From Janthinobacterium lividum (GTDB lineage Bacteria; Pseudomonadota; Gammaproteobacteria; Burkholderiales; Burkholderiaceae_D), in assembly GCA_943372275.1 (NCBI GenBank), contig CALRYE020000004.1, positions 1,730 to 65,729 on the forward strand: 64,000 bases of DNA, given 5' to 3'. The notes under the pieces are model-generated. The model was given only the letters and a program-made list of their open reading frames with translations. It did not search any database and was not told where the DNA came from. Of the stretch, positions 11,505 through 20,127 are shown one piece after another. The first letter of the stretch is position 1; each line of letters begins with the position of its first letter. The position numbers were made by a program, and so were the translations under genes.

Positions 11505-11918
11505 ATGGCAACAGCCAAAAAAACCCCAGCAGCAGCGCCAGCAGCGCCAGCAAAGAAGGCCGCAGCCAAGCCAGCCGCAGCGGCAAAGCCAGCAGCGAAG
11601 AAAGCAGCACCAGCAAAAGCTGCAGCACCAAAAGCGGCAGCGGCGAAGAAACCGGCAGCAGCCCCACGCAAGCCTAACGCAGCTTTCATGAAGGCGATGA
11701 CGCCATCGGCAACCCTGGCCGCAGTGGTCGGCGCGACTCCGTTGCCACGTACCGAAGTGACCAAGAAAGTCTGGGACTACATCAAGAAGCTTGATCTGCA
11801 AGACGCGGCCAACCGCCGCATGATCAATGCCGACGACAAGCTCAAAGCAGTATTTGGTGGCAAAGCACAGGTCTCCATGTTCGAGATGACCAAACTGATT
11901 TCAGATCACCTGAAATAA
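11505..11918 (+). CDS. SWIB/MDM2-domain protein with histone H1-like Ala/Lys/Pro-rich N-terminal tail
   Basis: AAGGAGG RBS. The N-terminal ~55 aa are AKKAAAKPAAAAKPAAKK-type low complexity. The C-terminal part TEVTKKVWDYIKKLDLQDAANRRMINADDKLKAVFG is SWIB-like. Confidence 0.8.
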   Translation: MATAKKTPAAAPAAPAKKAAAKPAAAAKPAAKKAAPAKAAAPKAAAAKKPAAAPRKPNAAFMKAMTPSATLAAVVGATPLPRTEVTKKVWDYIKKLDLQDAANRRMINADDKLKAVFGGKAQVSMFEMTKLISDHLK

Positions 11919-11961
11919 GTTGCGATAACAACGCACAGCGTCCAAGCCGAATTTGTAAAGT

Positions 11962-12016
11962 CGGGGACAGACCACCGGGTCGACATTGGTCGATTCGGTG
12001 GTCTGTCCCCGATTTT
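11962..12016 (+). terminator. Long hairpin downstream of the SWIB gene
   Basis: CGGGGACAGACCACCG (11962-11977) pairs perfectly with CGGTGGTCTGTCCCCG (11996-12011), followed by ATTTT. Confidence 0.6.
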
Positions 12017-12111
12017 CGTTTGGGGGCGGTGGTGCGGGCTGTATTGGTTCGGCAGAAGTCCCGCAGCAAATCAGCCAACGCCGAAGCCGTGCGCTGAATC
12101 CACCCCACTCT

Positions 12112-12272
12112 CGTTAACGTCATCCTCGCGAACGCGAGGACCCATAGAACGATTGATCAGCGTTGGAATACGCACTGGCACTAGCTTCGATGGGTTGCAG
12201 CCTTGGCGAGAACTTGAGTTCTATCTGCACACAGGTTCTATGGGTCCTCGCTTTCGCGAGGATGACGTTAAA
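12112..12272. repeat. REP-like hairpin pair in inverted orientation
   Basis: CGTTAACGTCATCCTCGCGAACGCGAGGACCCATAGAAC (12112-12150) has its inverted partner GGTTCTATGGGTCCTCGCTTTCGCGAGGATGACGTTAA at 12235-12272. Confidence 0.75.
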
Positions 12273-12321
12273 TTAGGTTTTGGGGAGGTTCTAGCACGGC
12301 TTCGAAGTTTGCCCACTGCCC

Positions 12322-12942
12322 CTAATTCATTTCCCACTTCTTCCAGGCCGCCAGCACCGCATTCGGATACTGCGGCCGGCCGCGGCTGCCGTTGTAGCGG
12401 CCCAGCGCCAGATACAGATTGCCGCCTTCCATATCGATATACAGCCTGAGAATCGAGCAGCCATAGCGCAGATTGGTCTGCATATGAAACAGCTTGCTGC
12501 GGTCGTCGTCGCCGATGGCTTTGGCCCAGAACGGCATCACCTGCATATACCCGCGCGCGCCGACCATCGACACGGCGTACTTGCGGTAGGCCGACTCCAC
12601 CTGAATCAACCCCAGCACCAGCCCCGGATCGAGACCGGCGCGGCTGGCTTCATACCAGGCCGCCTCCAGAAACTCCAGGCGCGACTCGGTATCGGGCAGC
12701 TTGCGCTTCAAGCGCTCGCTCATCTCGCCCAGCCACAGCTGATAACGCACGCGCGCCGCCTCGTCGCGAAACACCGGCCTGGGCGGACGGGCGTCGCGGA
12801 TGGCGTTGGCCAGCGCCAGCCGCACCGAGTCGGCCATCGCTTCTTCTTTCTGATTGCCGGCCTGCGCCGCACCGGAGCAGGCCAGGCCCGCCGCCAGCAT
12901 GGCCAACCGTGCTGCCAGACCGGCGCGGCGCATCGCCCTCAT
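12322..12942 (-). CDS. Lytic transglycosylase (SLT domain), exported
   Basis: The start at ATG 12942 lies just after the proS stop. Signal-like MRAMRRAGLAARLAMLAAGLACSGAAQA. SLT motifs LIQVESAYRKYAVSMVGARGYMQVMP and LRYGCSILRLY. Confidence 0.85.
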   Translation of the reverse strand: MRAMRRAGLAARLAMLAAGLACSGAAQAGNQKEEAMADSVRLALANAIRDARPPRPVFRDEAARVRYQLWLGEMSERLKRKLPDTESRLEFLEAAWYEASRAGLDPGLVLGLIQVESAYRKYAVSMVGARGYMQVMPFWAKAIGDDDRSKLFHMQTNLRYGCSILRLYIDMEGGNLYLALGRYNGSRGRPQYPNAVLAAWKKWEMN

Positions 12943-12956
12943 GACGCCAATCTGGA

Positions 12957-14690
12957 TCACTTGCCCAGTTTGCCCTTGATGAAGCCGACCATGTCGGCAA
13001 CGGCGACGGCGGACGCCTCGGTGTCGCGGCGGCCCTGGTATTCCAGGTTGCCTTCCTTCAGGCCACGCTCGCCGATCACCACGCGGTGCGGCACGCCGAT
13101 CAGTTCCCAGTCGGCGAACATGGCGCCCGGACGCAGGCCGCGGTCGTCGACGATGACGTCCACGCCGGCGGCGATCAGGGCCGCGTACAGCGCTTCGACT
13201 TCGGTCTTGACCATCTCGCTGCGGTCCATGCCCATCGGGCACAGCACCACTTCGAACGGCGCGATCGCGGCCGGCCAGATGATGCCTTTGTCGTCGAAGT
13301 TCTGCTCGATCGCCGCGCCCAGGATGCGGGTCACGCCGATGCCGTAGCAGCCCATCTGCAGCGGCGCCGGCTTGCCGTTTTCGTCCAGGAAGGTAGCCTT
13401 CATGGCTTGCGAGTACGCGGTCCCCAGCTGGAACACGTGACCGACTTCGATGCCGCGCTCGATCGCCAGCACGCCCTTGCCGTCGGGCGAGGCGTCGCCT
13501 TCGACCACGTTGCGCAGGTCGGCCACGAGCGGCTCGGCCGCGTCGCGCACCCAGTTGGCGCCCGTGTAGTGGAAGCCTTCGGCGTTGGCGCCGCAGACGA
13601 AGTCGCTCATGTTGGCAACCGTGCGGTCGACCACCACCTTGACCGGCTGCAGCGCGCCGATCGGACCCAGGTAACCGGGAATGGTGCCGTAGCAGGCCAC
13701 GATTTCCGCCTCGGTGGCGAAACGGTGCGTGGCCAGACCGGGCACCTTGGCCACCTTGACTTCGTTCAGCTCATGGTCGCCGCGCAGCAGCAGCATCCAG
13801 TTTTCCAGCGTGACTTTGCCGTCGACTTCGGTTTCCACCGTCAGCGCGATCGACTTGACCGTGTGCGTGAGCGGCACGCCCAGCAGCTCGGCCACCGCTT
13901 CGCACTTGGTTGCGCCCGGGGTGGCGACCTTTTGCAGTGCGGCGCCGGCGGCGGGACGCGCGTCCACCAGCGGCATCGCTTCGGCCGCTTCCATGTTGGC
14001 GGCGTAGTCGGAGGTGGGGCAGTACACCAGCGCGTCTTCGCCGGTGCTGGCGATGACGTGGAATTCGTGCGAACCGGATCCGCCGATGGCGCCGTTGTCG
14101 GCAGCCACGGCGCGGAACTTCAGGCCGAAGCGGGTGAAGATGGCCGAGTAGGCATCGAACATGATCTTGTAGGACGCTTCCAGACCGGCCTGGTCGCGGT
14201 CGAACGAGTAGGCGTCCTTCATGGTGAATTCGCGCCCGCGCATCAGGCCGAAACGGGGACGGCGCTCGTCGCGGAACTTGGTCTGGATGTGGTAGAAGTT
14301 CAGCGGCAGCTGGCGGTACGACTTGATCTCGGCGCGCGCCACGTCGGTGATGGCTTCTTCGGAGGTCGGCTGGAACACGTAGTCGCGGCCATGGCGATCC
14401 TTCAGGCGCATCATTTCAGGACCGAACTTTTCCCAGCGGCCCGTCTCCTGCCACAACTCGGCCGGCTGGACCAGCGGCATGAGCATTTCGACGGCGCCCG
14501 CTTTGTTCATTTCGTCACGAATGATGCCTTCGACTTTACGAATCACGCGCAGGCCGGTGGGCATATACGTATAGATGCCCGAACCCAGACGTTTGATCAT
14601 CCCGGCGCGCATCATCAGCTGATGGCTGACGATTTCGGCGTCGGATGGCGCTTCTTTTAAAGTTGAAATAAAAAAACGGGAGGCACGCAT
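12957..14690 (-). CDS. proS: Proline--tRNA ligase
   Basis: [44 protein letters not shown], 577 aa, with class II synthetase motifs and an editing-domain insertion. Confidence 0.95.
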   Translation of the reverse strand: MRASRFFISTLKEAPSDAEIVSHQLMMRAGMIKRLGSGIYTYMPTGLRVIRKVEGIIRDEMNKAGAVEMLMPLVQPAELWQETGRWEKFGPEMMRLKDRHGRDYVFQPTSEEAITDVARAEIKSYRQLPLNFYHIQTKFRDERRPRFGLMRGREFTMKDAYSFDRDQAGLEASYKIMFDAYSAIFTRFGLKFRAVAADNGAIGGSGSHEFHVIASTGEDALVYCPTSDYAANMEAAEAMPLVDARPAAGAALQKVATPGATKCEAVAELLGVPLTHTVKSIALTVETEVDGKVTLENWMLLLRGDHELNEVKVAKVPGLATHRFATEAEIVACYGTIPGYLGPIGALQPVKVVVDRTVANMSDFVCGANAEGFHYTGANWVRDAAEPLVADLRNVVEGDASPDGKGVLAIERGIEVGHVFQLGTAYSQAMKATFLDENGKPAPLQMGCYGIGVTRILGAAIEQNFDDKGIIWPAAIAPFEVVLCPMGMDRSEMVKTEVEALYAALIAAGVDVIVDDRGLRPGAMFADWELIGVPHRVVIGERGLKEGNLEYQGRRDTEASAVAVADMVGFIKGKLGK

Positions 14691-14896
14691 ATCGATGAAT
14701 TCTTTTTAAAAAGAGAGGGTTATAATCAACCTAATTTTAAAGGATTAGCTGGCAGATGCGTCCAATCTTTATGCAAATGCGCCCGTTTGATGCGGTTCCC
14801 GCCGTTTTCGTTCGCCGAAAGCCCGGTGGGCGCCAGATTTTGTGGGTAAATATGTAAGAAGGCGCGCGACGCCGGCAGAAAGTTTCGAGGTGCACT

Positions 14897-15655
14897 ATGC
14901 TCGATCGAGAGGGGTTCCGCCCCAACGTCGGCATCATCCTGCTCAACGCCCATAACGAGGTGTGGTGGGGCAAGCGGGTGCGCGAGCACTCGTGGCAGTT
15001 CCCGCAAGGGGGCATTAAATATGGAGAAACACCGGAACAGGCGATGTACCGCGAGCTGGAAGAAGAAATCGGCTTGCGTCAGGAACATGTAAAGATCGTC
15101 GGCCGCACGCGCGACTGGCTGCGTTACGAAGTACCGGATCATTTCATCAAACGGGAGATTCGGGGTCATTATCGGGGTCAAAAACAGATCTGGTTTCTGC
15201 TGCGTATGTGTGCGCGCGACAATGACGTCAACTTACGTCTGACGGACCATCCGGAGTTCGACGCCTGGCGCTGGCACGAGTACTGGGTGCCGCTGGACGT
15301 GGTCATCGAGTTCAAGCGCGACGTCTACCAGCGTGCGCTGCAGGAACTGTCACGGTTCCTGACCTGGCCGGCCAGCGGCGGCCACACGCACGAGCGGCGC
15401 CACACGGCCCGTTACCTGCGTCAGCCGCACGCGCCGCGCCAGACCAGCGCCGAGCAGGAAACCAGACCGGTGGCCGAGCAGCTGTCGGATCGGCGCAGCG
15501 AGCGGCGCAGCGGTCCGCTGCCGGATCAGTTGCATGATCCGCTGCAGGGGCAGTTACCGAGTCAGTTGCCGGGGCAGCAGCAGGATCAGTTGCAAAATCC
15601 GCTGCCGGACCGGCAGACTGAACCGCAACTGGTGTTAGTGCCTGATAAAGAGTGA
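14897..15655 (+). CDS. rppH: RNA pyrophosphohydrolase RppH (Nudix) with Gln/Pro-rich C-terminal extension
   Basis: [12 protein letters not shown], Nudix box [23 protein letters not shown]. Divergent from proS. Confidence 0.9.
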   Translation: MLDREGFRPNVGIILLNAHNEVWWGKRVREHSWQFPQGGIKYGETPEQAMYRELEEEIGLRQEHVKIVGRTRDWLRYEVPDHFIKREIRGHYRGQKQIWFLLRMCARDNDVNLRLTDHPEFDAWRWHEYWVPLDVVIEFKRDVYQRALQELSRFLTWPASGGHTHERRHTARYLRQPHAPRQTSAEQETRPVAEQLSDRRSERRSGPLPDQLHDPLQGQLPSQLPGQQQDQLQNPLPDRQTEPQLVLVPDKE

Positions 15656-15680
15656 CGTGTCATCAAGACACAGCGACCAT

Positions 15681-15709
15681 GGCGGCATCTTCGGATGCCG
15701 CTTTTTTTT
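15681..15709 (+). terminator. Rho-independent terminator after rppH
   Basis: GGCGGCATC-TTCG-GATGCCGC followed by T8. Confidence 0.8.
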
Positions 15710-15777
15710 GCTCCGCAACGCCGGCGCGGGCCGCGCAGTACAATGGCGTCTGTTCCGCTTTTGCCGATGGCCGCCCC

Positions 15778-16203
15778 ATGTTCACCCCCTCTTCCGACGA
15801 CGTCCGCCGCTTCTTCTGCGAAGCCTACCGCAAACAGCGCGCCGGCGAAATTCTCAGCCCCATGGATGCCATCGCTGCCGACTGGATCGTCCATCATCCG
15901 GAATATGCCGATGTGTTGAACGACGTCGATGCGGCGCTGGCGCGCGATTATTCGGTCGGCGGCGGCGAGCCGAATCCGTTTTTGCATCTGTCAATGCATT
16001 TGTCGATTGCCGAGCAGGTGTCGATCGACCAGCCGCCGGGCATCCGTGCGGCCTGCACTGCGCTGACCCAGCGGCTAGGCGCGCACGATGCGCATCACCA
16101 GATCATGGAATGCCTGGGCGAGATGATCTGGACGTCGCAGCGCAACAGCACGCCACCCGACACGGCCACCTATGTGGAATGCGTGCGCAAGCGGGCCAGT
16201 TAA
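15778..16203 (+). CDS. DUF1841 family protein
   Basis: MFTPSSDDVRRFFCEAYRKQRAGEILSPMDAIAADWIVHHPEY...NPFLHLSMHLSIAEQVSIDQPPGI. The start is set after the rppH terminator rather than at the ORF-track 15652. Confidence 0.75.
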   Translation: MFTPSSDDVRRFFCEAYRKQRAGEILSPMDAIAADWIVHHPEYADVLNDVDAALARDYSVGGGEPNPFLHLSMHLSIAEQVSIDQPPGIRAACTALTQRLGAHDAHHQIMECLGEMIWTSQRNSTPPDTATYVECVRKRAS

Positions 16204-16217
16204 AAGTTAGCTCAAAT

Positions 16218-16310
16218 ACCGTCGCCCTCGCGCGAGGCGAGGGCCCATAGTACCTCTGCGCATACGTGCTATGGGCCATCGCGGGGCCGCCCAGACGCGC
16301 GAGGGAACGG
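16218..16310. repeat. REP-like hairpin pair
   Basis: ACCGTCGCCCTCGCGCGAGGCGAGGGCCCATAGTACC and an inverted, diverged partner GTGCTATGGGCCATCGCGGGG...GCGCGAGGGAACGG. Confidence 0.65.
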
Positions 16311-16370
16311 ATTTGAGGCCAACTTATTATGGTGACTCTGCGTTACGCGAACAATCACCGCGCACATACA

Positions 16371-16409
16371 AAAAATCCTCCGGGACCAGGCAGTCAGGGA
16401 GGATTTTTT
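16371..16409. terminator. Bidirectional terminator between DUF1841 and the cytochrome c genes
   Basis: AAAAATCCTCC...GGAGGATTTTTT: a hairpin flanked by an A-run and a T-run. Confidence 0.7.
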
Positions 16410-16448
16410 ACTTCAGCCAACTGCGAGCAGCGGCAAATCAGCGGCAGA

Positions 16449-16790
16449 TCAGCGGCGCACCACCAGCGTGCCCGGCAGGCTGTGCAGATACGCGGCGATA
16501 TCGGCCATGTCCTTGTTCGACAGCGGCTTGACCTGACCGGCCATGATCGGATTGTTGCGGCCGTTGGCGCCTTCGCCGCGCTTGTAGGCGACCAGCGCAT
16601 GCTCCAGGTACGCGGCGTGCTGGCCAGCCAGCTTCGGATAGCTCGGATCGATCGGCTTGTTATAGTCGGCGCCATGGCACGACGCGCAGTTGTACTTCTT
16701 GGCCAGCTGTTCGCCATTGGCGACGTTGCCGCCAGCGGTGGCACTCAGGGAGACGGCGCCGAACAACAGGGCAGTAATCAGTTTTTTCAT
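16449..16790 (-). CDS. Monohaem class I cytochrome c
   Basis: Signal peptide MKKLITALLFGAVSLSATA, haem site CASCHG, distal Met context PIMAG. Confidence 0.85.
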   Translation of the reverse strand: MKKLITALLFGAVSLSATAGGNVANGEQLAKKYNCASCHGADYNKPIDPSYPKLAGQHAAYLEHALVAYKRGEGANGRNNPIMAGQVKPLSNKDMADIAAYLHSLPGTLVVRR

Positions 16791-16800
16791 GAATCAGTCC

Positions 16801-17121
16801 TTATTTCTTCTGCTCGGCGTAATAGGCCGCCACGTCGGCGATGTCCTTGTCGGTCAGCGTCATTGCCACGCCGCGCATCGACGGATGCTTGCGCTCGCCT
16901 TTTTTATAGGCGTTCAACGCATTCTCGATGTACTTGGCCGACTGTCCGCCCAGCATAGGCACGGGGTAGACTTCGGGGAAGGTCGCTTTATAGCCGGGAA
17001 TGCCGTGGCAGCCGATACATTGCTCAACCTTGGCAGACTTGGCCGAGCCGACGACCGCATCCGCAGCGACGGACAGGTTAGCGACGCAGGCAAGCACGAG
17101 AAGTGCGGAAAGTTTTTTCAT
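16801..17121 (-). CDS. Monohaem class I cytochrome c
   Basis: Signal peptide MKKLSALLVLACVANLSVA, haem site CIGCHG, PSMRG Met ligand context. Confidence 0.85.
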   Translation of the reverse strand: MKKLSALLVLACVANLSVAADAVVGSAKSAKVEQCIGCHGIPGYKATFPEVYPVPMLGGQSAKYIENALNAYKKGERKHPSMRGVAMTLTDKDIADVAAYYAEQKK

Positions 17122-17338
17122 GGTGGCGAGGGTAAGAGGTCATCGGGTACCGCAGGTGCAGAAGGACTCGAATGGACTCGAATTCAACCTCTCAAGAAAC
17201 TTTCTGCACTATCAACGTGCGAGTTTAACCCAAGTAGAGTATGTCGTCCACTTCCGCCGCGTGGCGTAGTCCGTACGCATCGTCCTCCACGGTTCTGGCA
17301 TATACTCAAACATCACGCAACTTCCGCCATCACAGCCC

Positions 17339-18199
17339 ATGTCCGCCACTCCCAGCCACCGCTTCCAGGGTTCCGACAGCTATGTCGCCACCGCCGACCT
17401 GAAACTGGCCGTCAACGCCGCCCTCACCCTGCAGCGCCCGCTGCTGATCAAGGGCGAGCCGGGCACCGGCAAGACCATGCTGGCCGAGGAAGTGGCCGCG
17501 GCCCTGAACATGCCGCTGATGCAGTGGCACATCAAGTCGACCACCAAGGCCCAGCAGGGACTGTATGAATACGACGCCGTGTCGCGTTTGCGCGATTCGC
17601 AGCTGGGCGACGAGCGGGTGCGCGACATCCACAACTACATCGTCAGGGGCGTGCTGTGGCAAGCTTTCACGGCGCCCGAACCGGTCGTGCTGCTGATCGA
17701 CGAGATCGACAAGGCCGACATCGAGTTCCCCAATGATCTGCTGCGCGAGCTGGACCGGATGGAGTTTTACGTCTACGAAACGCGCGAGATGGTCGTGGCC
17801 AAGCACCGCCCGCTGGTGATCATCACCTCCAATAACGAGAAGGAATTGCCGGACGCCTTCCTGCGCCGCTGCTTCTTCCACTACATTAAGTTCCCCGACC
17901 GCGACACGATGGAGCAGATCGTCAAGGTCCACTACCCCACCCTGAAGCAGGAGTTGCTGGCGCAGGCGCTGCAAAGCTTCTACGAAGTGCGCGACGTGCC
18001 GGGACTGAAGAAGAAACCGTCGACGTCGGAATTCCTCGACTGGCTGAAACTCTTGCTGGCCGAAGATATCCCGCCGGAAGCGCTGCGCAGCCAGGATGCC
18101 AAGTCGGTGGTGCCGCCCCTGCATGGGGCGCTGCTGAAAAACGAGCAGGACGTGCACCTGTTCGAGCGCCTGGTCTACATGTCGCGGACCAACCGCTGA
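17339..18199 (+). CDS. MoxR-family AAA+ ATPase
   Basis: Walker A GEPGTGKT, Walker B VVLLIDEIDKA, sensor region VIITSNNEKELPDAFLRRC. Confidence 0.85.
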   Translation: MSATPSHRFQGSDSYVATADLKLAVNAALTLQRPLLIKGEPGTGKTMLAEEVAAALNMPLMQWHIKSTTKAQQGLYEYDAVSRLRDSQLGDERVRDIHNYIVRGVLWQAFTAPEPVVLLIDEIDKADIEFPNDLLRELDRMEFYVYETREMVVAKHRPLVIITSNNEKELPDAFLRRCFFHYIKFPDRDTMEQIVKVHYPTLKQELLAQALQSFYEVRDVPGLKKKPSTSEFLDWLKLLLAEDIPPEALRSQDAKSVVPPLHGALLKNEQDVHLFERLVYMSRTNR

Positions 18200-18804
18200 T
18201 GATTTGCGTCGCCCCGGTCATCCTGGAAGGCAATGGCGTGCGGCTCGAACCGCTGGCCTTGCACCACGCGAACGGCTTGCTGGCGGCCGCCCGCGATGGC
18301 GAACTGTGGAAGCTGACAGTCACCTCCGTGCCCGATCCGGACGATGTGCAGGGTTATATCGAACGCGCACTGGCCACGGCCAACCGCCAGCCATTTGCCG
18401 TCATCGACATGGCCAGCGGCGCTGTGATAGGCAGCACCAGCTACCACGACATCGTGCCGGAGTGGGACCGGGTCGAGATCGGCTGGACCTGGTATGCGGG
18501 CAGCCGCCAGCGCAGCCATGTCAACACTACCTGCAAGCTATTGCTGCTGACCCACGCGTTCGACACGCTGGGCTGCGCGGTGGTGGGCTGGCGGACCGAT
18601 TGTCTGAACTTTGCCTCGCAGGCGGCCATCGAACGGCTGGGCGCGAAAAAAGACGGCACCTTGCGCCACTTCGGCCTGCGCCGCGACGGGTCCGTGCGCG
18701 ATGCGGTGTTCTACAGCATGCTGCGCGCCGAATGGCCGGAGGTCAAGGAACGACTGACGGCGCGCCTGACGGGGCGAACGACCGCGCCGCGCAACGACGC
18801 CTGA
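18199..18804 (+). CDS. GNAT-family N-acetyltransferase (RimJ/RimL-like)
   Basis: LRLEPLALHHANGL...EIGWTWYAGSRQRSHVNTTCKLLLLTHAFDTLG...RTDCLNFASQAAIERLGAKKDGTLRH. The ATG overlaps the MoxR stop (TGATG). Confidence 0.8.
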   Translation: MICVAPVILEGNGVRLEPLALHHANGLLAAARDGELWKLTVTSVPDPDDVQGYIERALATANRQPFAVIDMASGAVIGSTSYHDIVPEWDRVEIGWTWYAGSRQRSHVNTTCKLLLLTHAFDTLGCAVVGWRTDCLNFASQAAIERLGAKKDGTLRHFGLRRDGSVRDAVFYSMLRAEWPEVKERLTARLTGRTTAPRNDA

Positions 18805-18814
18805 GAGACCAGAC

Positions 18815-19984
18815 ATGCTGATCGACTTTTTCTTCACACTCAAGGACGCCAAGGTTCCCGTCACGATCAAGGAATTTTTGACCTTGCTCGAAGCGCTGGA
18901 CCGGCAAGTCATCACCAGTTCCATGGACGACTTCTATTACCTGGCGCGCCTGTCGCTGGTCAAAGACGAAGCCCATTACGACAAGTTCGACCGCGCCTTC
19001 GCCCAGTATTTTAAGGGTATCAACGCGGCCTTTGACACCAATGCCGCCATTCCGCTGGACTGGCTGATCAAGCGCATGGAGCGCGAACTGACGGCCGAGC
19101 AAAAAGCCCAGCTGGAAAAATTCGGCTACGACAAACTGATGGATCGCTTGAACGAGTTGCTGAAGGAACAGAAGGAACGCCATGAAGGCGGCAACAAGTG
19201 GATCGGCACGGGCGGCACCTCGCCGTTCGGCCACGGCGGCACCAATCCGGAAGGCATCCGTATCGGCGGCGCGGGGCGCAACCGCACTGCCGTCAAGGTG
19301 TGGGAGCAGCGCGCCTTCAAGGACTACGATGCCGAACGGGAACTTGGCACGCGCAACATCAAGGTGGCGCTGCGGCGCCTGCGCAAGTTTGCCCGCGAGG
19401 GCGCCGAGGATGAACTGGCGCTGGACGCCACCATCCGCGCCACCGCCAACAACGCCGGTTACCTCGACATCAAGATGCAGCCCGAGCGGCGCAACAAGAT
19501 CAAGGTGCTGATGCTGCTCGACGTGGGCGGCAGCATGGACGACCACATCGAGCGCACGGAAGAATTGTTCTCGGCCGCCAAGAACGAGTTCAAGCACATG
19601 GAATTCTTTTACTTCCACAACTGTGTTTACGATTACCTGTGGAAAAACAATCGGCGCCGCAACGCCGAGCGTTTCCCGACCTGGGATGTGCTGCGCAAAT
19701 ATCCGGCGGACACCAAGCTGATTTTCGTGGGCGACGCCACCATGAGCCCGTACGAAGTGGTCCAACCGGGCGGCTCGGTCGAATACAACAATGAAGAAGC
19801 CGGGGCCGAATGGCTGGCGCGCTTCTGCCAGGCGTTCCCGAAGTTTATCTGGCTCAATCCCGAGCCGGAAGGCGTCTGGCAATACCGCCAGTCGATTTCG
19901 ATTATCAAGCAAATCGTGAACAATCGCATGTTCCCGCTCACGATTGATGGCCTGGAGCGGGCCATGCGCCTGCTCAGCAAATAA
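18815..19984 (+). CDS. VWA domain protein (CoxE-like partner of MoxR ATPases)
   Basis: MLIDFFFTLKDAKVPVTIKEFLTLLEAL... The VWA MIDAS-like segment reads VLMLLDVGGSMD...LIFVGDATM. Confidence 0.8.
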   Translation: MLIDFFFTLKDAKVPVTIKEFLTLLEALDRQVITSSMDDFYYLARLSLVKDEAHYDKFDRAFAQYFKGINAAFDTNAAIPLDWLIKRMERELTAEQKAQLEKFGYDKLMDRLNELLKEQKERHEGGNKWIGTGGTSPFGHGGTNPEGIRIGGAGRNRTAVKVWEQRAFKDYDAERELGTRNIKVALRRLRKFAREGAEDELALDATIRATANNAGYLDIKMQPERRNKIKVLMLLDVGGSMDDHIERTEELFSAAKNEFKHMEFFYFHNCVYDYLWKNNRRRNAERFPTWDVLRKYPADTKLIFVGDATMSPYEVVQPGGSVEYNNEEAGAEWLARFCQAFPKFIWLNPEPEGVWQYRQSISIIKQIVNNRMFPLTIDGLERAMRLLSK

Positions 19985-20127
19985 GCCCTGACACGCGTCT
20001 GTCATCGTTGGCTGGTATACCAAAGGTAAGCCTGCGCGACGGCAATCGTGCGCGCCTTTGTGTCTTGTAGAATCTGGCCTCTTTTACAATTATGCCTCGC
20101 TTGCAAGGTGGAGCGATTCGATAAAGG

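Noticed and set aside
11389-11801. Several ORFs in alternative frames or strands over the SWIB gene's 5' half
   Set aside because: They are products of the low-complexity GC-rich repeat that encodes the Ala/Lys tail. Only the 11505..11918 frame has an RBS and a folded domain.
12176-12190. TGGCAC-N5 motif resembling a sigma54 -24 element
   Set aside because: The -12 position reads TCGA rather than TTGC (there is no GC dinucleotide). The site lies inside a REP cluster with no downstream gene.
12153-12449. 98-aa ORF, and similar ORFs at 39402..39659 and 39526..39834
   Set aside because: They are read through REP-like hairpins (the GPRFREDD/GPRFRGDD peptides are the repeat's translation) and lack RBS or coding periodicity.
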